From assembly GCF_044647545.1 (NCBI RefSeq), contig NZ_CP172818.1: DNA of 64,000 nucleotides; one strand, given 5' to 3'. The translations under genes and the position numbers were made by a program. The notes below the pieces were generated by a model. It made no database searches. It saw nothing but the letters and a program-made list of their open reading frames with translations, and had not been told where the DNA came from. Position 1 is the stretch's first letter. Each line of letters starts with the position of its first letter. Positions 23,996 through 35,116 of the stretch are shown here, piece after piece. The DNA is from Escherichia coli (GTDB taxonomy: Bacteria > Pseudomonadota > Gammaproteobacteria > Enterobacterales > Enterobacteriaceae).

Positions 23996-26845
23996 CTACG
24001 AATCCCGCGATTTCCTGACCCTCTCGGCATATACCGTTAGCGTCTGTTTTATCACATCCAGCGTTACCGGCTTCGACAGGCAGCTGTCCATACCGGACTC
24101 CAGACACCGCTGCTTCTCTTCAGCCAACGCATTAGCAGTTACTCCGATTACCGGCAACGTCAGTCCCAACTGACGAATGCGTTGCGTCAAGCGGTAACCA
24201 TCCATATTTGGCATGTTGACGTCGCTAAGCACGATATCAATATGATTCTTGCTAAGTACATTAAGCGCATCGACGCCATCATTCGCGGTTTTACATTGAT
24301 AACCCAACGATCCCAACTGATCTGCCAGAAGACGCCGGTTAATCGGATGATCATCCACGACCAGAATCATCATATCATCGTTATCGCTGACCGCTTTGTC
24401 CGTCGACGGCAGAGCGTTAGCAGGATCGTCGCTCTCCATCTCGATCAAATAAATACGCGCCAACAATGCCGGTAGCTCATGCGGGGCAGCCACACTGTGT
24501 ACCCACTCCCCTGGCGCTTTCTCCAGCGGAATACCAATATGGCGACGACAGAAGGTCACTACCGCTCTACCCTGCCATTTTTTACTCACTACCTCGTCAG
24601 TAATTAACACATCTTCGGGAGTCGGTTCCTGCCCTTCGTATGTTGTAACGACGATGCCGCTGCGCTGCAAACTGGTTTCCAGGAACTGACAGAGCGACGC
24701 ATTGCGGACCGCCAGCCAGCAGCGTTTACCACTCAACCCTTCCACGCCTTTTTTCTGCGGGTACTGAGCGCCGTACAACGGAATACGCACGGTAAACTGG
24801 CTGCCCATTCCCGGTTCTGAATCTACCGAGATGTCGCCGTCCATCATGCTGATCAGTTTTTCACAAATCGCCAGACCCAGACCGGTCCCCTGGAAGTTTC
24901 GCTGTACGCCCGTTCCGACCTGGAAGAAGGGATCAAACAAGCGCACGACTTCTTTCGCCGGAATCCCCACGCCGGTATCGCGAACACGGATAGAGAGATA
25001 ATCGCCATCAGCGCGAACTTGCAAAACTATACAGCCGGTATCGGTGAATTTTATGGCGTTACTCAACAGGTTGGAGATGACCTGCTGTAAACGCATCGGG
25101 TCGCCATTTAAGGCCACTGGCACATCCGGTTCAATAAAGCAGTACAAGCCTAACTGCTTGCGTACCACCAGCGGTAAATAGTTGGCGGTGATGTGGTTCA
25201 TCACTTCACGCGGTGAAAACTCACGCGGTTCGATCTTCAACTGTTCTGATTCAATTTTCGAGAAATCGAGAATATCGCTGATAATTTTCAACAACAGGCT
25301 GGAAGAGTTGTTCATTGCCGTCACCAGACGATCGACGCCTTTCGGTAACTCTTTGGTTTGCAACAGATCCAGGTTACCGATAATGCCATACAGCGGCGTT
25401 CGCAGCTCATGACTGACGGTGGCAAGGAACATCGATTTTGACTGGCTCGCCTGTTCCGCTGCTTGTGCCATCTCCTGCAACGACTCTTCCATCTTCACGC
25501 GCGAAGAAACATCCACCAGCACACAAATGGCCACGTTTTCATTACGATAGCGCGAATGGACGAAGCTGATTTGCAGATTGGTATTGTTGCTGGTCAGGAC
25601 ATCAACAAAATTGACCTGCTGCCCACAGATAATTTGTGTCAGCCGTTGGCGATCCTCATGCGTAAGCATATTGAGATAGGTATGCGCCAGTTCGTTACTT
25701 AAAATATTGACGCCATCAGCGGTACGCAAAATGCAGATACCCACTGGCGCGGAGGCGACAATCTTGCGATTAAACTGCTCATGTTCTTCCAGTCGCAGGG
25801 CGTCGCTTTCCGCCGGAATGAAAATACGTCGCTCGTACATCCGCGCGAGAGTAAACAATGCAGCTCCGGCAAGCACATTCAGCAAAATTGCGTTAAGGAT
25901 CAACATGCGAATGCGTTCCAGTACCTTATCAACCGGCACCGAATACACGATGCTTAGCGATGAGGGTGGCAGATTTTTCTTCAGCACCAGCTCCCGGAAC
26001 CCTTCCGTATAGCCAAACCAGGAGCGTTCCTGCATCCAGCGAGGATCGCCCTTAATTTTGCTTTCTGGTCCGGTAAGCGAAATCAGGGTATGACCATTTT
26101 CATCAAGAATGGTAACCCCCATCGGCAACGTACCAGGCAAGAAAAAGTTCTCCATCCGGATGGTCTGCTCGACACCCAAAAGCGCCTGCAACCGGTTCGC
26201 CAGATAAACTGGCGTCAAGGCGTAAAAATACCCGACGCCAGGGCGCGGACCTTCGCTGATCCAGTAGAGGTTACTGCCGCTATCATCTTGTGGTGCATTT
26301 CGATATTTATTGATGCGTTCATGCAACGCTTTCAACGCGGTATCGCGTTCCACTGGCATATCACGCAGACCGAAATTGGCCATGCAGAGGTTATCGCTGC
26401 CGATTAAAAATACCCGGTTGAGATCGTAAGCCGCAGAAAAATTATCGCGCCAGTAGCGCATAAACCACGCCAATGACTCCAGAGAACCTCGCCAGGTGTT
26501 ACTCATTGCGGAACAATCGGAGTCGGCAAACAGCGGTTCAAACGCAGGCACATCCGCCTGCGTTTCTCGTCCACGCGGGGAAAGCACACCGTTTTCTGCC
26601 GATAAGCGATTTTCAGCTATGTACTTCAGCTCTTTCATCACATCAGAGGTGCGTTGAATAAAGCGCTGAGCCTGATCAGAACTCAGATTAAATTCCTGAC
26701 GAATTTCCGATTCTCGCTGATGCAACGCATTAACGATGTAAAAAACGGATGAAAAAGCAATCAACAGCCAGAGCACTAACGCCAATGCTCTGAACATGTA
26801 GCGCGAGGCTTTCAGGGTTGTACGAAAAGAAGCAAGGTATTTCAA
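23996..26845 (-). CDS. rcsC: Hybrid sensor histidine kinase RcsC
   Basis: 949-aa ORF with HisKA/HATPase and C-terminal receiver domain; apparent TTG start. Confidence 0.93.
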   Translation of the reverse strand: MKYLASFRTTLKASRYMFRALALVLWLLIAFSSVFYIVNALHQRESEIRQEFNLSSDQAQRFIQRTSDVMKELKYIAENRLSAENGVLSPRGRETQADVPAFEPLFADSDCSAMSNTWRGSLESLAWFMRYWRDNFSAAYDLNRVFLIGSDNLCMANFGLRDMPVERDTALKALHERINKYRNAPQDDSGSNLYWISEGPRPGVGYFYALTPVYLANRLQALLGVEQTIRMENFFLPGTLPMGVTILDENGHTLISLTGPESKIKGDPRWMQERSWFGYTEGFRELVLKKNLPPSSLSIVYSVPVDKVLERIRMLILNAILLNVLAGAALFTLARMYERRIFIPAESDALRLEEHEQFNRKIVASAPVGICILRTADGVNILSNELAHTYLNMLTHEDRQRLTQIICGQQVNFVDVLTSNNTNLQISFVHSRYRNENVAICVLVDVSSRVKMEESLQEMAQAAEQASQSKSMFLATVSHELRTPLYGIIGNLDLLQTKELPKGVDRLVTAMNNSSSLLLKIISDILDFSKIESEQLKIEPREFSPREVMNHITANYLPLVVRKQLGLYCFIEPDVPVALNGDPMRLQQVISNLLSNAIKFTDTGCIVLQVRADGDYLSIRVRDTGVGIPAKEVVRLFDPFFQVGTGVQRNFQGTGLGLAICEKLISMMDGDISVDSEPGMGSQFTVRIPLYGAQYPQKKGVEGLSGKRCWLAVRNASLCQFLETSLQRSGIVVTTYEGQEPTPEDVLITDEVVSKKWQGRAVVTFCRRHIGIPLEKAPGEWVHSVAAPHELPALLARIYLIEMESDDPANALPSTDKAVSDNDDMMILVVDDHPINRRLLADQLGSLGYQCKTANDGVDALNVLSKNHIDIVLSDVNMPNMDGYRLTQRIRQLGLTLPVIGVTANALAEEKQRCLESGMDSCLSKPVTLDVIKQTLTVYAERVRKSRDS

Positions 26846-27011
26846 AGGGGCGAAGCTCCGCCTCAGGTGACCGATGGAGTGTGGTTAAGGTAGCGGTAAA
26901 AGCGTGTTACCGCAATGTTCTCTCTTCTCTGGAATATGATACACCGCCGAGAAATCATCACCTTAACCTCTGATAATCGTCATATACCGGACAAGACTAG
27001 TGGATTTCAGC

Positions 27012-28838
27012 ATGCATTATATGAAGTGGATTTATCCACGCCGCTTACGCAATCAAATGATCCTGATGGCAATCCTGATGGTCATTGTCCCAACGCTTAC
27101 TATTGGTTATATCGTAGAAACGGAAGGGCGTTCAGCAGTCTTATCTGAAAAAGAGAAAAAACTATCTGCCGTGGTCAACCTGCTTAATCAGGCGCTAGGC
27201 GATCGCTATGATCTCTACATCGACTTACCACGTGAGGAGCGTATCCGCGCATTAAATGCAGAACTTGCCCCCATTACCGAAAATATCACTCACGCCTTCC
27301 CTGGCATCGGCGCTGGTTATTACAACAAAACGCTGGATGCGATAATCACCTACGCGCCTTCAGCGCTATATCAGAATAATGTCGGCGTTACCATTGCCGC
27401 AGATCACCCTGGTCGCGAAGTCATGCGTACAAATACCCCTTTGGTTTATTCAGGCAGGCAGGTGCGCGGCGATATTTTGAATTCAATGATCCCCATTGAG
27501 CGTAATGGTGAAATCCTCGGCTATATCTGGGCCAATGAATTAACCGAAGATATTCGCCGCCAGGCCTGGAAAATGGATGTGAGGATTATCATTGTGCTTA
27601 CCGCCGGTTTGCTGATAAGCCTGCTGTTGATTGTCCTTTTCTCCCGTCGCCTGAGCGCCAATATTGATATCATCACCGATGGCCTCTCGACTCTGGCACA
27701 AAATATTCCCACTCGATTACCACAATTGCCCGGTGAAATGGGGCAAATCAGTCAGAGTGTTAACAACCTCGCCCAGGCACTGCGTGAAACGCGAACACTT
27801 AACGATCTGATTATTGAAAACGCTGCCGATGGCGTCATTGCCATTGACCGCCAGGGTGATGTAACCACCATGAACCCAGCAGCAGAAGTTATTACTGGCT
27901 ATCAACGCCATGAACTGGTAGGGCAGCCTTACTCCATGTTGTTCGACAATACTCAGTTCTACAGTCCAGTACTGGATACGCTGGAACATGGCACCGAACA
28001 TGTAGCGCTGGAGATCAGTTTTCCAGGCCGTGACCGCACCATTGAACTCAGTGTCACTACCAGTCGTATTCATAACACGCACGGTGAAATGATAGGTGCT
28101 TTGGTGATTTTCTCTGATTTAACTGCCCGCAAAGAAACCCAGCGCCGCATGGCGCAAGCAGAACGCCTCGCCACACTGGGTGAGCTGATGGCTGGCGTCG
28201 CGCATGAAGTACGTAATCCGCTAACGGCTATTCGTGGTTATGTACAGATCTTGCGCCAACAAACCAGCGACCTAATACATCAGGAATATCTGTCCGTAGT
28301 ACTCAAAGAAATCGATTCAATTAACAAAGTTATTCAGCAATTGCTCGAATTTTCACGCCCACGCCACAGTCAATGGCAACAAGTCAGCCTCAATGCATTG
28401 GTTGAAGAAACTCTGGTACTGGTACAAACCGCTGGCGTACAAGCGCGGGTCGACTTCATAAGCGAACTGGATAATGAATTAAGCCCGATTAACGCCGATC
28501 GTGAACTGCTCAAACAGGTACTACTGAATATCCTGATCAATGCCGTCCAGGCTATCAGTGCACGAGGGAAAATTCGCATTCGAACCTGGCAATACAGCGA
28601 CTCACAACAGGCCATTTCGATAGAGGACAACGGCTGTGGCATTGATCTCTCGCTGCAAAAAAAGATCTTCGATCCCTTTTTCACCACCAAAGCCTCAGGA
28701 ACCGGGCTTGGTCTGGCGTTAAGTCAACGCATCATTAATGCCCATCAGGGTGATATTCGCGTCGCCAGTTTGCCGGGCTACGGCGCAACCTTCACGCTTA
28801 TTTTACCGATCAACCCGCAGGGAAATCAGACTGTATGA
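27012..28838 (+). CDS. atoS: Sensor histidine kinase AtoS
   Basis: ORF track starts at 27000; conserved start MHYMKW at 27012; PAS and HisKA/HATPase domains. Confidence 0.93.
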   Translation: MHYMKWIYPRRLRNQMILMAILMVIVPTLTIGYIVETEGRSAVLSEKEKKLSAVVNLLNQALGDRYDLYIDLPREERIRALNAELAPITENITHAFPGIGAGYYNKTLDAIITYAPSALYQNNVGVTIAADHPGREVMRTNTPLVYSGRQVRGDILNSMIPIERNGEILGYIWANELTEDIRRQAWKMDVRIIIVLTAGLLISLLLIVLFSRRLSANIDIITDGLSTLAQNIPTRLPQLPGEMGQISQSVNNLAQALRETRTLNDLIIENAADGVIAIDRQGDVTTMNPAAEVITGYQRHELVGQPYSMLFDNTQFYSPVLDTLEHGTEHVALEISFPGRDRTIELSVTTSRIHNTHGEMIGALVIFSDLTARKETQRRMAQAERLATLGELMAGVAHEVRNPLTAIRGYVQILRQQTSDLIHQEYLSVVLKEIDSINKVIQQLLEFSRPRHSQWQQVSLNALVEETLVLVQTAGVQARVDFISELDNELSPINADRELLKQVLLNILINAVQAISARGKIRIRTWQYSDSQQAISIEDNGCGIDLSLQKKIFDPFFTTKASGTGLGLALSQRIINAHQGDIRVASLPGYGATFTLILPINPQGNQTV

Positions 28839-30220
28839 CTGCTATTAATCGCATCCTTATTGTGGATGATGAAGATAATGTTCGCCGTATGCTGAGCACC
28901 GCTTTTGCACTACAAGGATTCGAAACACATTGTGCGAACAACGGGCGCACAGCATTACACCTGTTTGCCGATATTCACCCTGACGTGGTGTTGATGGATA
29001 TCCGCATGCCAGAGATGGACGGCATCAAGGCACTCAAGGAGATGCGCAGCCATGAGACCCGGACACCCGTTATTCTGATGACGGCCTATGCTGAAGTGGA
29101 AACCGCCGTCGAAGCACTACGCTGCGGAGCCTTCGACTATGTTATCAAACCGTTTGATCTCGATGAGTTGAATTTAATCGTTCAGCGCGCTTTACAACTC
29201 CAGTCAATGAAAAAAGAGATCCGTCATCTGCACCAGGCACTGAGCACCAGCTGGCAATGGGGGCACATTCTCACCAACAGCCCGGCGATGATGGACATCT
29301 GCAAAGACACCGCCAAAATTGCCCTTTCTCAGGCCAGCGTCTTGATTAGTGGTGAAAGCGGCACCGGGAAAGAGTTGATTGCCAGAGCGATTCACTACAA
29401 TTCGCGGCGGGCAAAGGGGCCGTTCATTAAAGTCAACTGCGCGGCACTGCCGGAATCGTTGCTCGAAAGTGAACTGTTTGGTCATGAAAAAGGTGCATTT
29501 ACTGGTGCACAAACCTTGCGTCAGGGATTATTTGAACGTGCCAACGAAGGTACTCTGCTCCTCGACGAAATTGGTGAAATGCCGCTGGTACTGCAAGCCA
29601 AATTACTACGCATTCTGCAGGAACGGGAATTTGAACGGATTGGCGGCCATCAGACCATAAAAGTTGATATCCGCATCATTGCTGCCACCAACCGCGACTT
29701 GCAGGCAATGGTGAAAGAAGGCACCTTCCGTGAAGATCTCTTTTATCGCCTTAACGTTATTCATTTAATACTGCCGCCTCTGCGCGATCGCCGGGAAGAT
29801 ATTTCCCTGTTAGCTAATCACTTTTTGCAAAAATTCAGTAGTGAGAATCAGCGCGATATTATCGACATCGATCCGATGGCAATGTCACTGCTTACCGCCT
29901 GGTCATGGCCGGGAAATATTCGAGAGCTTTCCAACGTTATTGAACGCGCCGTCGTGATGAATTCAGGCCCGATCATTTTTTCTGAGGATCTTCCGCCGCA
30001 GATTCGTCAGCCAGTCTGTAATGCTGGTGAAGCAAAAACAGCCCCTGTCGGTGAGCGTAATTTAAAAGAGGAAATTAAACGCGTCGAAAAACGCATCATT
30101 ATGGAAGTGCTGGAACAACAAGAAGGAAACCGAACCCGCACTGCTTTAATGCTGGGCATCAGTCGCCGTGCATTGATGTATAAACTCCAGGAATACGGTA
30201 TCGATCCGGCGGATGTATAA
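28835..30220 (+). CDS. atoC: Sigma-54-dependent response regulator AtoC
   Basis: 461-aa ORF with receiver domain, AAA+ sigma-54 activation domain (GESGTGKE, GAFTGA) and C-terminal HTH. Confidence 0.95.
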   Translation: MTAINRILIVDDEDNVRRMLSTAFALQGFETHCANNGRTALHLFADIHPDVVLMDIRMPEMDGIKALKEMRSHETRTPVILMTAYAEVETAVEALRCGAFDYVIKPFDLDELNLIVQRALQLQSMKKEIRHLHQALSTSWQWGHILTNSPAMMDICKDTAKIALSQASVLISGESGTGKELIARAIHYNSRRAKGPFIKVNCAALPESLLESELFGHEKGAFTGAQTLRQGLFERANEGTLLLDEIGEMPLVLQAKLLRILQEREFERIGGHQTIKVDIRIIAATNRDLQAMVKEGTFREDLFYRLNVIHLILPPLRDRREDISLLANHFLQKFSSENQRDIIDIDPMAMSLLTAWSWPGNIRELSNVIERAVVMNSGPIIFSEDLPPQIRQPVCNAGEAKTAPVGERNLKEEIKRVEKRIIMEVLEQQEGNRTRTALMLGISRRALMYKLQEYGIDPADV

Positions 30221-30231
30221 CGCCAAAACTT

Positions 30232-30272
30232 GCTATGCAGAAATTTGCACAGTGCGCAATTTTCTGCATAGC
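30232..30272 (+). promoter_or_regulatory. AtoC operator: 40-bp inverted repeat (GCTATGCAGAAATTTGCACA / GTGCGCAATTTTCTGCATAGC)
   Basis: Near-perfect palindrome about 85 bp upstream of the -24/-12 element, as expected for an enhancer-binding protein site. Confidence 0.75.
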
Positions 30273-30354
30273 CGCTCATTTTCCTTATAAACCCCCATCT
30301 AATTTATCCTTTTCTATTCAATTAGTTAAATAACAACCCCCAATAATCTCATTC

Positions 30355-30370
30355 TGGCACTCCCCTTGCT
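30355..30370 (+). promoter_or_regulatory. Sigma-54 (-24/-12) promoter of atoDAEB: TGGCAC-N5-TTGCT
   Basis: Canonical GG-N10-GC spacing, 46 bp upstream of the atoD ATG. Confidence 0.8.
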
Positions 30371-30415
30371 ATTCCCTGACTGTACCCACAACGGTGTATG
30401 CAAGAGGGATAAAAA

Positions 30416-31078
30416 ATGAAAACAAAATTGATGACATTACAAGACGCCACCGGCTTCTTTCGTGACGGCATGACCATCATGGTGGGCGGATTTATGGGGA
30501 TTGGCACTCCATCCCGCCTGGTTGAAGCATTACTGGAATCTGGTGTTCGCGACCTGACATTGATAGCCAATGATACCGCGTTTGTTGATACCGGCATCGG
30601 TCCGCTCATCGTCAATGGTCGAGTCCGCAAAGTGATTGCTTCACATATCGGTACCAACCCGGAAACAGGTCGGCGCATGATTTCTGGTGAGATGGACGTC
30701 GTTCTGGTACCGCAAGGTACGCTAATCGAGCAAATTCGCTGTGGCGGAGCTGGACTTGGTGGTTTTCTCACCCCAACTGGTGTCGGCACCGTCGTAGAGG
30801 AAGGCAAACAGACACTGACACTCGACGGTAAAACCTGGCTGCTCGAACGCCCGCTGCGCGCCGACCTGGCGCTAATTCGCGCTCATCGTTGCGACACACT
30901 TGGCAACCTGACCTATCACCTTAGCGCCCGCAACTTTAACCCCCTGATAGCCCTTGCGGCTGATATCACGCTGGTAGAGCCAGATGAACTGGTCGAAACC
31001 GGCGAGCTGCAACCTGACCATATTGTCACCCCTGGTGCCGTTATCGACCACATCATCGTTTCACAGGAGAGCAAATAA
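30416..31078 (+). CDS. atoD: Acetate CoA-transferase alpha subunit AtoD
   Basis: 220-aa ORF, CoA-transferase family. Confidence 0.95.
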   Translation: MKTKLMTLQDATGFFRDGMTIMVGGFMGIGTPSRLVEALLESGVRDLTLIANDTAFVDTGIGPLIVNGRVRKVIASHIGTNPETGRRMISGEMDVVLVPQGTLIEQIRCGGAGLGGFLTPTGVGTVVEEGKQTLTLDGKTWLLERPLRADLALIRAHRCDTLGNLTYHLSARNFNPLIALAADITLVEPDELVETGELQPDHIVTPGAVIDHIIVSQESK

Positions 31079-31728
31079 TGGATGCGAAACAACGTATTGC
31101 GCGCCGTGTGGCGCAAGAGCTTCGTGATGGTGACATCGTTAACTTAGGGATCGGTTTACCCACAATGGTCGCCAATTATTTACCGGAGGGTATTCATATC
31201 ACTCTGCAATCGGAAAACGGCTTCCTCGGTTTAGGCCCGGTCACGACAGCGCATCCAGATCTGGTGAACGCTGGCGGACAACCGTGCGGTGTTTTACCCG
31301 GTGCAGCCATGTTTGATAGCGCCATGTCATTTGCGCTAATCCGTGGCGGTCATATTGATGCCTGCGTGCTCGGCGGTTTGCAAGTAGACGAAGAAGCAAA
31401 CCTCGCGAACTGGGTAGTGCCTGGGAAAATGGTGCCCGGTATGGGTGGCGCGATGGATCTGGTGACCGGGTCGCGCAAAGTGATCATCGCCATGGAACAT
31501 TGCGCCAAAGATGGTTCAGCAAAAATTTTGCGCCGCTGCACCATGCCTCTCACTGCGCAACATGCGGTGCATATGCTGGTTACTGAACTGGCTGTCTTTC
31601 GTTTTATTGACGGCAAAATGTGGCTCACCGAAATTGCCGACGGGTGTGATTTAGCCACCGTGCGTGCCAAAACAGAAGCTCGGTTTGAAGTAGCTGCCGA
31701 CCTGAATACGCAACGGGGTGATTTATGA
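31078..31728 (+). CDS. atoA: Acetate CoA-transferase beta subunit AtoA
   Basis: 216-aa ORF; start overlaps atoD stop (TAATG). Confidence 0.95.
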   Translation: MDAKQRIARRVAQELRDGDIVNLGIGLPTMVANYLPEGIHITLQSENGFLGLGPVTTAHPDLVNAGGQPCGVLPGAAMFDSAMSFALIRGGHIDACVLGGLQVDEEANLANWVVPGKMVPGMGGAMDLVTGSRKVIIAMEHCAKDGSAKILRRCTMPLTAQHAVHMLVTELAVFRFIDGKMWLTEIADGCDLATVRAKTEARFEVAADLNTQRGDL

Positions 31729-33047
31729 TTGGTCGCATATCGCGTTTTATGACGCGTTTTGTCAGCCGGTGGCTTCCCGATCCACTGATCTTTGCCATGT
31801 TGCTGACATTGCTAACATTCGTGATCGCGCTTTGGTTAACACCACAAACGCCGATCAGCATGGTGAAAATGTGGGGTGACGGTTTCTGGAACTTGCTGGC
31901 GTTTGGTATGCAGATGGCGCTTATCATCGTTACCGGTCATGCCCTTGCCAGCTCTGCTCCGGTAAAAAGTTTGCTGCGTACTGCCGCCTCCGCCGCAAAG
32001 ACGCCCGTACAGGGCGTCATGCTGGTTACTTTCTTCGGTTCAGTCGCTTGTGTCATCAACTGGGGATTTGGTTTGGTTGTCGGCGCAATGTTTGCCCGTG
32101 AAGTCGCCCGCCGAGTACCCGGTTCTGATTATCCGTTGCTCATTGCCTGCGCCTACATTGGTTTTCTCACCTGGGGTGGCGGTTTCTCTGGCTCAATGCC
32201 TCTGTTGGCTGCAACACCGGGCAACCCGGTTGAGCATATCGCCGGGCTGATCCCGGTGGGCGATACTCTGTTCAGTGGTTTTAATATTTTCATCACTGTG
32301 GCGTTGATTGTGGTGATGCCATTTATCACCCGCATGATGATGCCAAAACCGTCTGACGTGGTGAGTATCGATCCGAAACTACTCATGGAAGAGGCTGATT
32401 TTCAAAAGCAACTACCGAAAAATGCTCCACCGTCCGAGCGACTGGAAGAAAGCCGTATTCTGACGTTGATCATCGGCGCACTCGGTATCGCTTACCTGGC
32501 GATGTACTTCAGCGAACATGGCTTCAACATCACCATCAATACCGTCAACCTGATGTTTATGATTGCGGGTCTGCTGCTACATAAAACGCCAATGGCTTAT
32601 ATGCGTGCTATCAGCGCGGCAGCACGCAGTACCGCCGGTATTCTGGTGCAATTCCCCTTCTACGCGGGGATCCAACTGATGATGGAGCACTCCGGTCTGG
32701 GCGGACTCATTACCGAATTCTTCATTAATGTTGCGAACAAAGACACCTTCCCGGTCATGACCTTTTTTAGTTCTGCACTGATTAACTTCGCCGTTCCGTC
32801 TGGCGGCGGGCACTGGGTTATTCAGGGGCCGTTCGTGATGCCCGCAGCCCAGGCGCTGGGCGCTGATCTCGGTAAATCGGTAATGGCGATCGCCTACGGC
32901 GAGCAATGGATGAACATGGCACAACCGTTCTGGGCGCTGCCAGCACTGGCAATCGCCGGACTCGGTGTCCGCGACATCATGGGCTATTGCATCACTGCCC
33001 TGCTCTTCTCCGGCGTCATTTTCGTCATTGGTTTAACGCTGTTCTGA
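31725..33047 (+). CDS. atoE: Short-chain fatty acid transporter AtoE
   Basis: 440-aa polytopic membrane ORF. Confidence 0.93.
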   Translation: MIGRISRFMTRFVSRWLPDPLIFAMLLTLLTFVIALWLTPQTPISMVKMWGDGFWNLLAFGMQMALIIVTGHALASSAPVKSLLRTAASAAKTPVQGVMLVTFFGSVACVINWGFGLVVGAMFAREVARRVPGSDYPLLIACAYIGFLTWGGGFSGSMPLLAATPGNPVEHIAGLIPVGDTLFSGFNIFITVALIVVMPFITRMMMPKPSDVVSIDPKLLMEEADFQKQLPKNAPPSERLEESRILTLIIGALGIAYLAMYFSEHGFNITINTVNLMFMIAGLLLHKTPMAYMRAISAAARSTAGILVQFPFYAGIQLMMEHSGLGGLITEFFINVANKDTFPVMTFFSSALINFAVPSGGGHWVIQGPFVMPAAQALGADLGKSVMAIAYGEQWMNMAQPFWALPALAIAGLGVRDIMGYCITALLFSGVIFVIGLTLF

Positions 33048-33077
33048 CGGCAACCCTACAGACAGAAGGAATATAAA

Positions 33078-34262
33078 ATGAAAAATTGTGTCATCGTCAG
33101 TGCGGTACGTACTGCTATCGGTAGTTTTAACGGTTCACTCGCTTCCACCAGCGCCATCGACCTGGGGGCGACAGTAATTAAAGCCGCCATTGAACGTGCA
33201 AAAATCGATTCACTACACATTGATGAAGTGATTATGGGTAACGTGTTGCAAGCCGGGCTGGGGCAAAATCCGGCGCGTCAGGCACTGTTAAAAAGCGGGC
33301 TGGCAGAAACGGTGTGCGGATTCACGGTCAATAAAGTGTGTGGTTCGGGTCTTAAAAGTGTGGCGCTTGCCGCCCAGGCAATTCAGGCAGGTCAGGCGCA
33401 AAGCATTGTGGCGGGGGGTATGGAAAATATGAGTTTAGCGCCCTACTTACTCGATGCAAAAGCACGCTCTGGTTATCGTCTTGGAGACGGACAGGTTTAT
33501 GACGTAATCCTGCGCGATGGTCTGATGTGCGCCACCCATGGTTATCATATGGGGATTACCGCCGAGAACGTGGCCAAAGAGTACGGAATTACCCGAGAAA
33601 TGCAGGATGAACTGGCGCTACATTCACAGCGTAAAGCGGCAGCCGCAATTGAGTCCGGTGCTTTTACAGCCGAAATCGTCCCGGTAAATGTTGTCACCCG
33701 GAAGAAAACCTTCGTCTTCAGTCAAGACGAATTCCCGAAAGCGGATTCTACGACTGAAGCGTTAGGCGCATTGCGTCCGGCCTTCGATAAAGCAGGAACA
33801 GTCACCGCCGGGAACGCGTCTGGTATTAACGACGGTGCTGCCGCTCTGGTGATTATGGAAGAATCTGCGGCGCTGGCAGCAGGCCTTACCCCCCTGGCTC
33901 GCATTAAAAGTTATGCCAGCGGTGGCGTGCCCCCCGCATTGATGGGTATGGGACCAGTACCTGCCACGCAAAAAGCGTTACAACTGGCGGGGCTGCAACT
34001 GGCGGATATTGATCTCATTGAGGCTAATGAAGCATTTGCCGCACAGTTCCTTGCCGTTGGGAAAACCCTGGGCTTTGATTCTGAGAAAGTGAATGTCAAC
34101 GGCGGGGCCATCGCGCTCGGGCATCCTATCGGTGCCAGTGGTGCTCGTATTCTGGTCACACTATTACATGCCATGCAGGCACGCGATAAAACGCTGGGGC
34201 TGGCAACACTGTGCATTGGTGGCGGCCAGGGAATTGCGATGGTGATTGAACGGTTGAATTAA
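33078..34262 (+). CDS. atoB: Acetyl-CoA acetyltransferase (thiolase II) AtoB
   Basis: 394-aa ORF with thiolase motifs (VNKVCGSG, C-terminal CIGGGQG). Confidence 0.95.
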   Translation: MKNCVIVSAVRTAIGSFNGSLASTSAIDLGATVIKAAIERAKIDSLHIDEVIMGNVLQAGLGQNPARQALLKSGLAETVCGFTVNKVCGSGLKSVALAAQAIQAGQAQSIVAGGMENMSLAPYLLDAKARSGYRLGDGQVYDVILRDGLMCATHGYHMGITAENVAKEYGITREMQDELALHSQRKAAAAIESGAFTAEIVPVNVVTRKKTFVFSQDEFPKADSTTEALGALRPAFDKAGTVTAGNASGINDGAAALVIMEESAALAAGLTPLARIKSYASGGVPPALMGMGPVPATQKALQLAGLQLADIDLIEANEAFAAQFLAVGKTLGFDSEKVNVNGGAIALGHPIGASGARILVTLLHAMQARDKTLGLATLCIGGGQGIAMVIERLN

Positions 34263-34274
34263 CCAATAAAAACA

Positions 34275-34305
34275 CCCGATAGCGAAAGTTATCGGGCGTT
34301 TTCTT
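34275..34305. terminator. Hairpin terminator between convergent atoB and yfaP
   Basis: CCCGATAGCGAAAGTTATCGGG stem-loop followed by CGTTTTCTT. Confidence 0.7.
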
Positions 34306-34335
34306 GAACATCGACGGCGAAGGTAACCCCATTAA

Positions 34336-35112
34336 TCACCAGTCAAAACTTTTCACCAGCGTCAGCTCGCCAGCATTACGCATCGGTACAATAAATGTTT
34401 CCTGTTTCTCATTGACCGATCCTTCATCGGTGATCAGCGTCAGTTGGGCGGTGGTTAATTCCGTTTCGCTGCGTCCGCCATAGTAGTTGATATACACCTG
34501 ATAGCGCCCGTGAACTGGCGCTGGCATGGCGAAAATCTCGGGGCCGTACCCCGTCGTGACATCCATATCCAGTGCACCACTGTTGTTCAGCACGGTGTTA
34601 CCGTACCAAGCGTGTTCGCCATCGGGCGTAACAACGTGAAGGTCGAGGTCGGTATCGTCCGTATCCCACGAGAGAACCAGTCGTAAACGCGCGCGGATCA
34701 CTCCAGCACCCGGCGTTGAGTAAAACTGCATTTTTTGCCGGCTTTGCCCATCCGGGCTGATGACCTGCACGCTGTTGCTGCCTTCCGTGAAAATATAAGG
34801 GCGTGCAAATGAACCATCGGATTCAATTCTCTGCGGCATACTGGCACCGTTGACCACCAGCCGGCCCTGCTGAACTTTACCCGCCGCAGCATAATTCTTT
34901 ATTTTGCCGCGGATCTGCGCTGAGATATTTTGATCATCTGCCATGTTGACGGACGACGCCGGGTAATTGATCGATTGTGAAAAACTGGCATCTTCGCCCT
35001 CTGCCGGATGCCAGCCAGAGAGCGGTGCATCAATCTCGACTTCCTGCACACCTTCACTGTGAGCGACAGGCGAAAGCGCCACCAGTAACAACGGAAGAAA
35101 AATCTTTCGCAT
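34336..35112 (-). CDS. yfaP: Secreted protein YfaP (DUF2135 family), last gene of the yfaA-P operon
   Basis: 258-aa ORF with signal peptide (MRKIFLPLLLVALSPVAHSEG). Confidence 0.9.
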   Translation of the reverse strand: MRKIFLPLLLVALSPVAHSEGVQEVEIDAPLSGWHPAEGEDASFSQSINYPASSVNMADDQNISAQIRGKIKNYAAAGKVQQGRLVVNGASMPQRIESDGSFARPYIFTEGSNSVQVISPDGQSRQKMQFYSTPGAGVIRARLRLVLSWDTDDTDLDLHVVTPDGEHAWYGNTVLNNSGALDMDVTTGYGPEIFAMPAPVHGRYQVYINYYGGRSETELTTAQLTLITDEGSVNEKQETFIVPMRNAGELTLVKSFDW

Positions 35113-35116
35113 AGCA

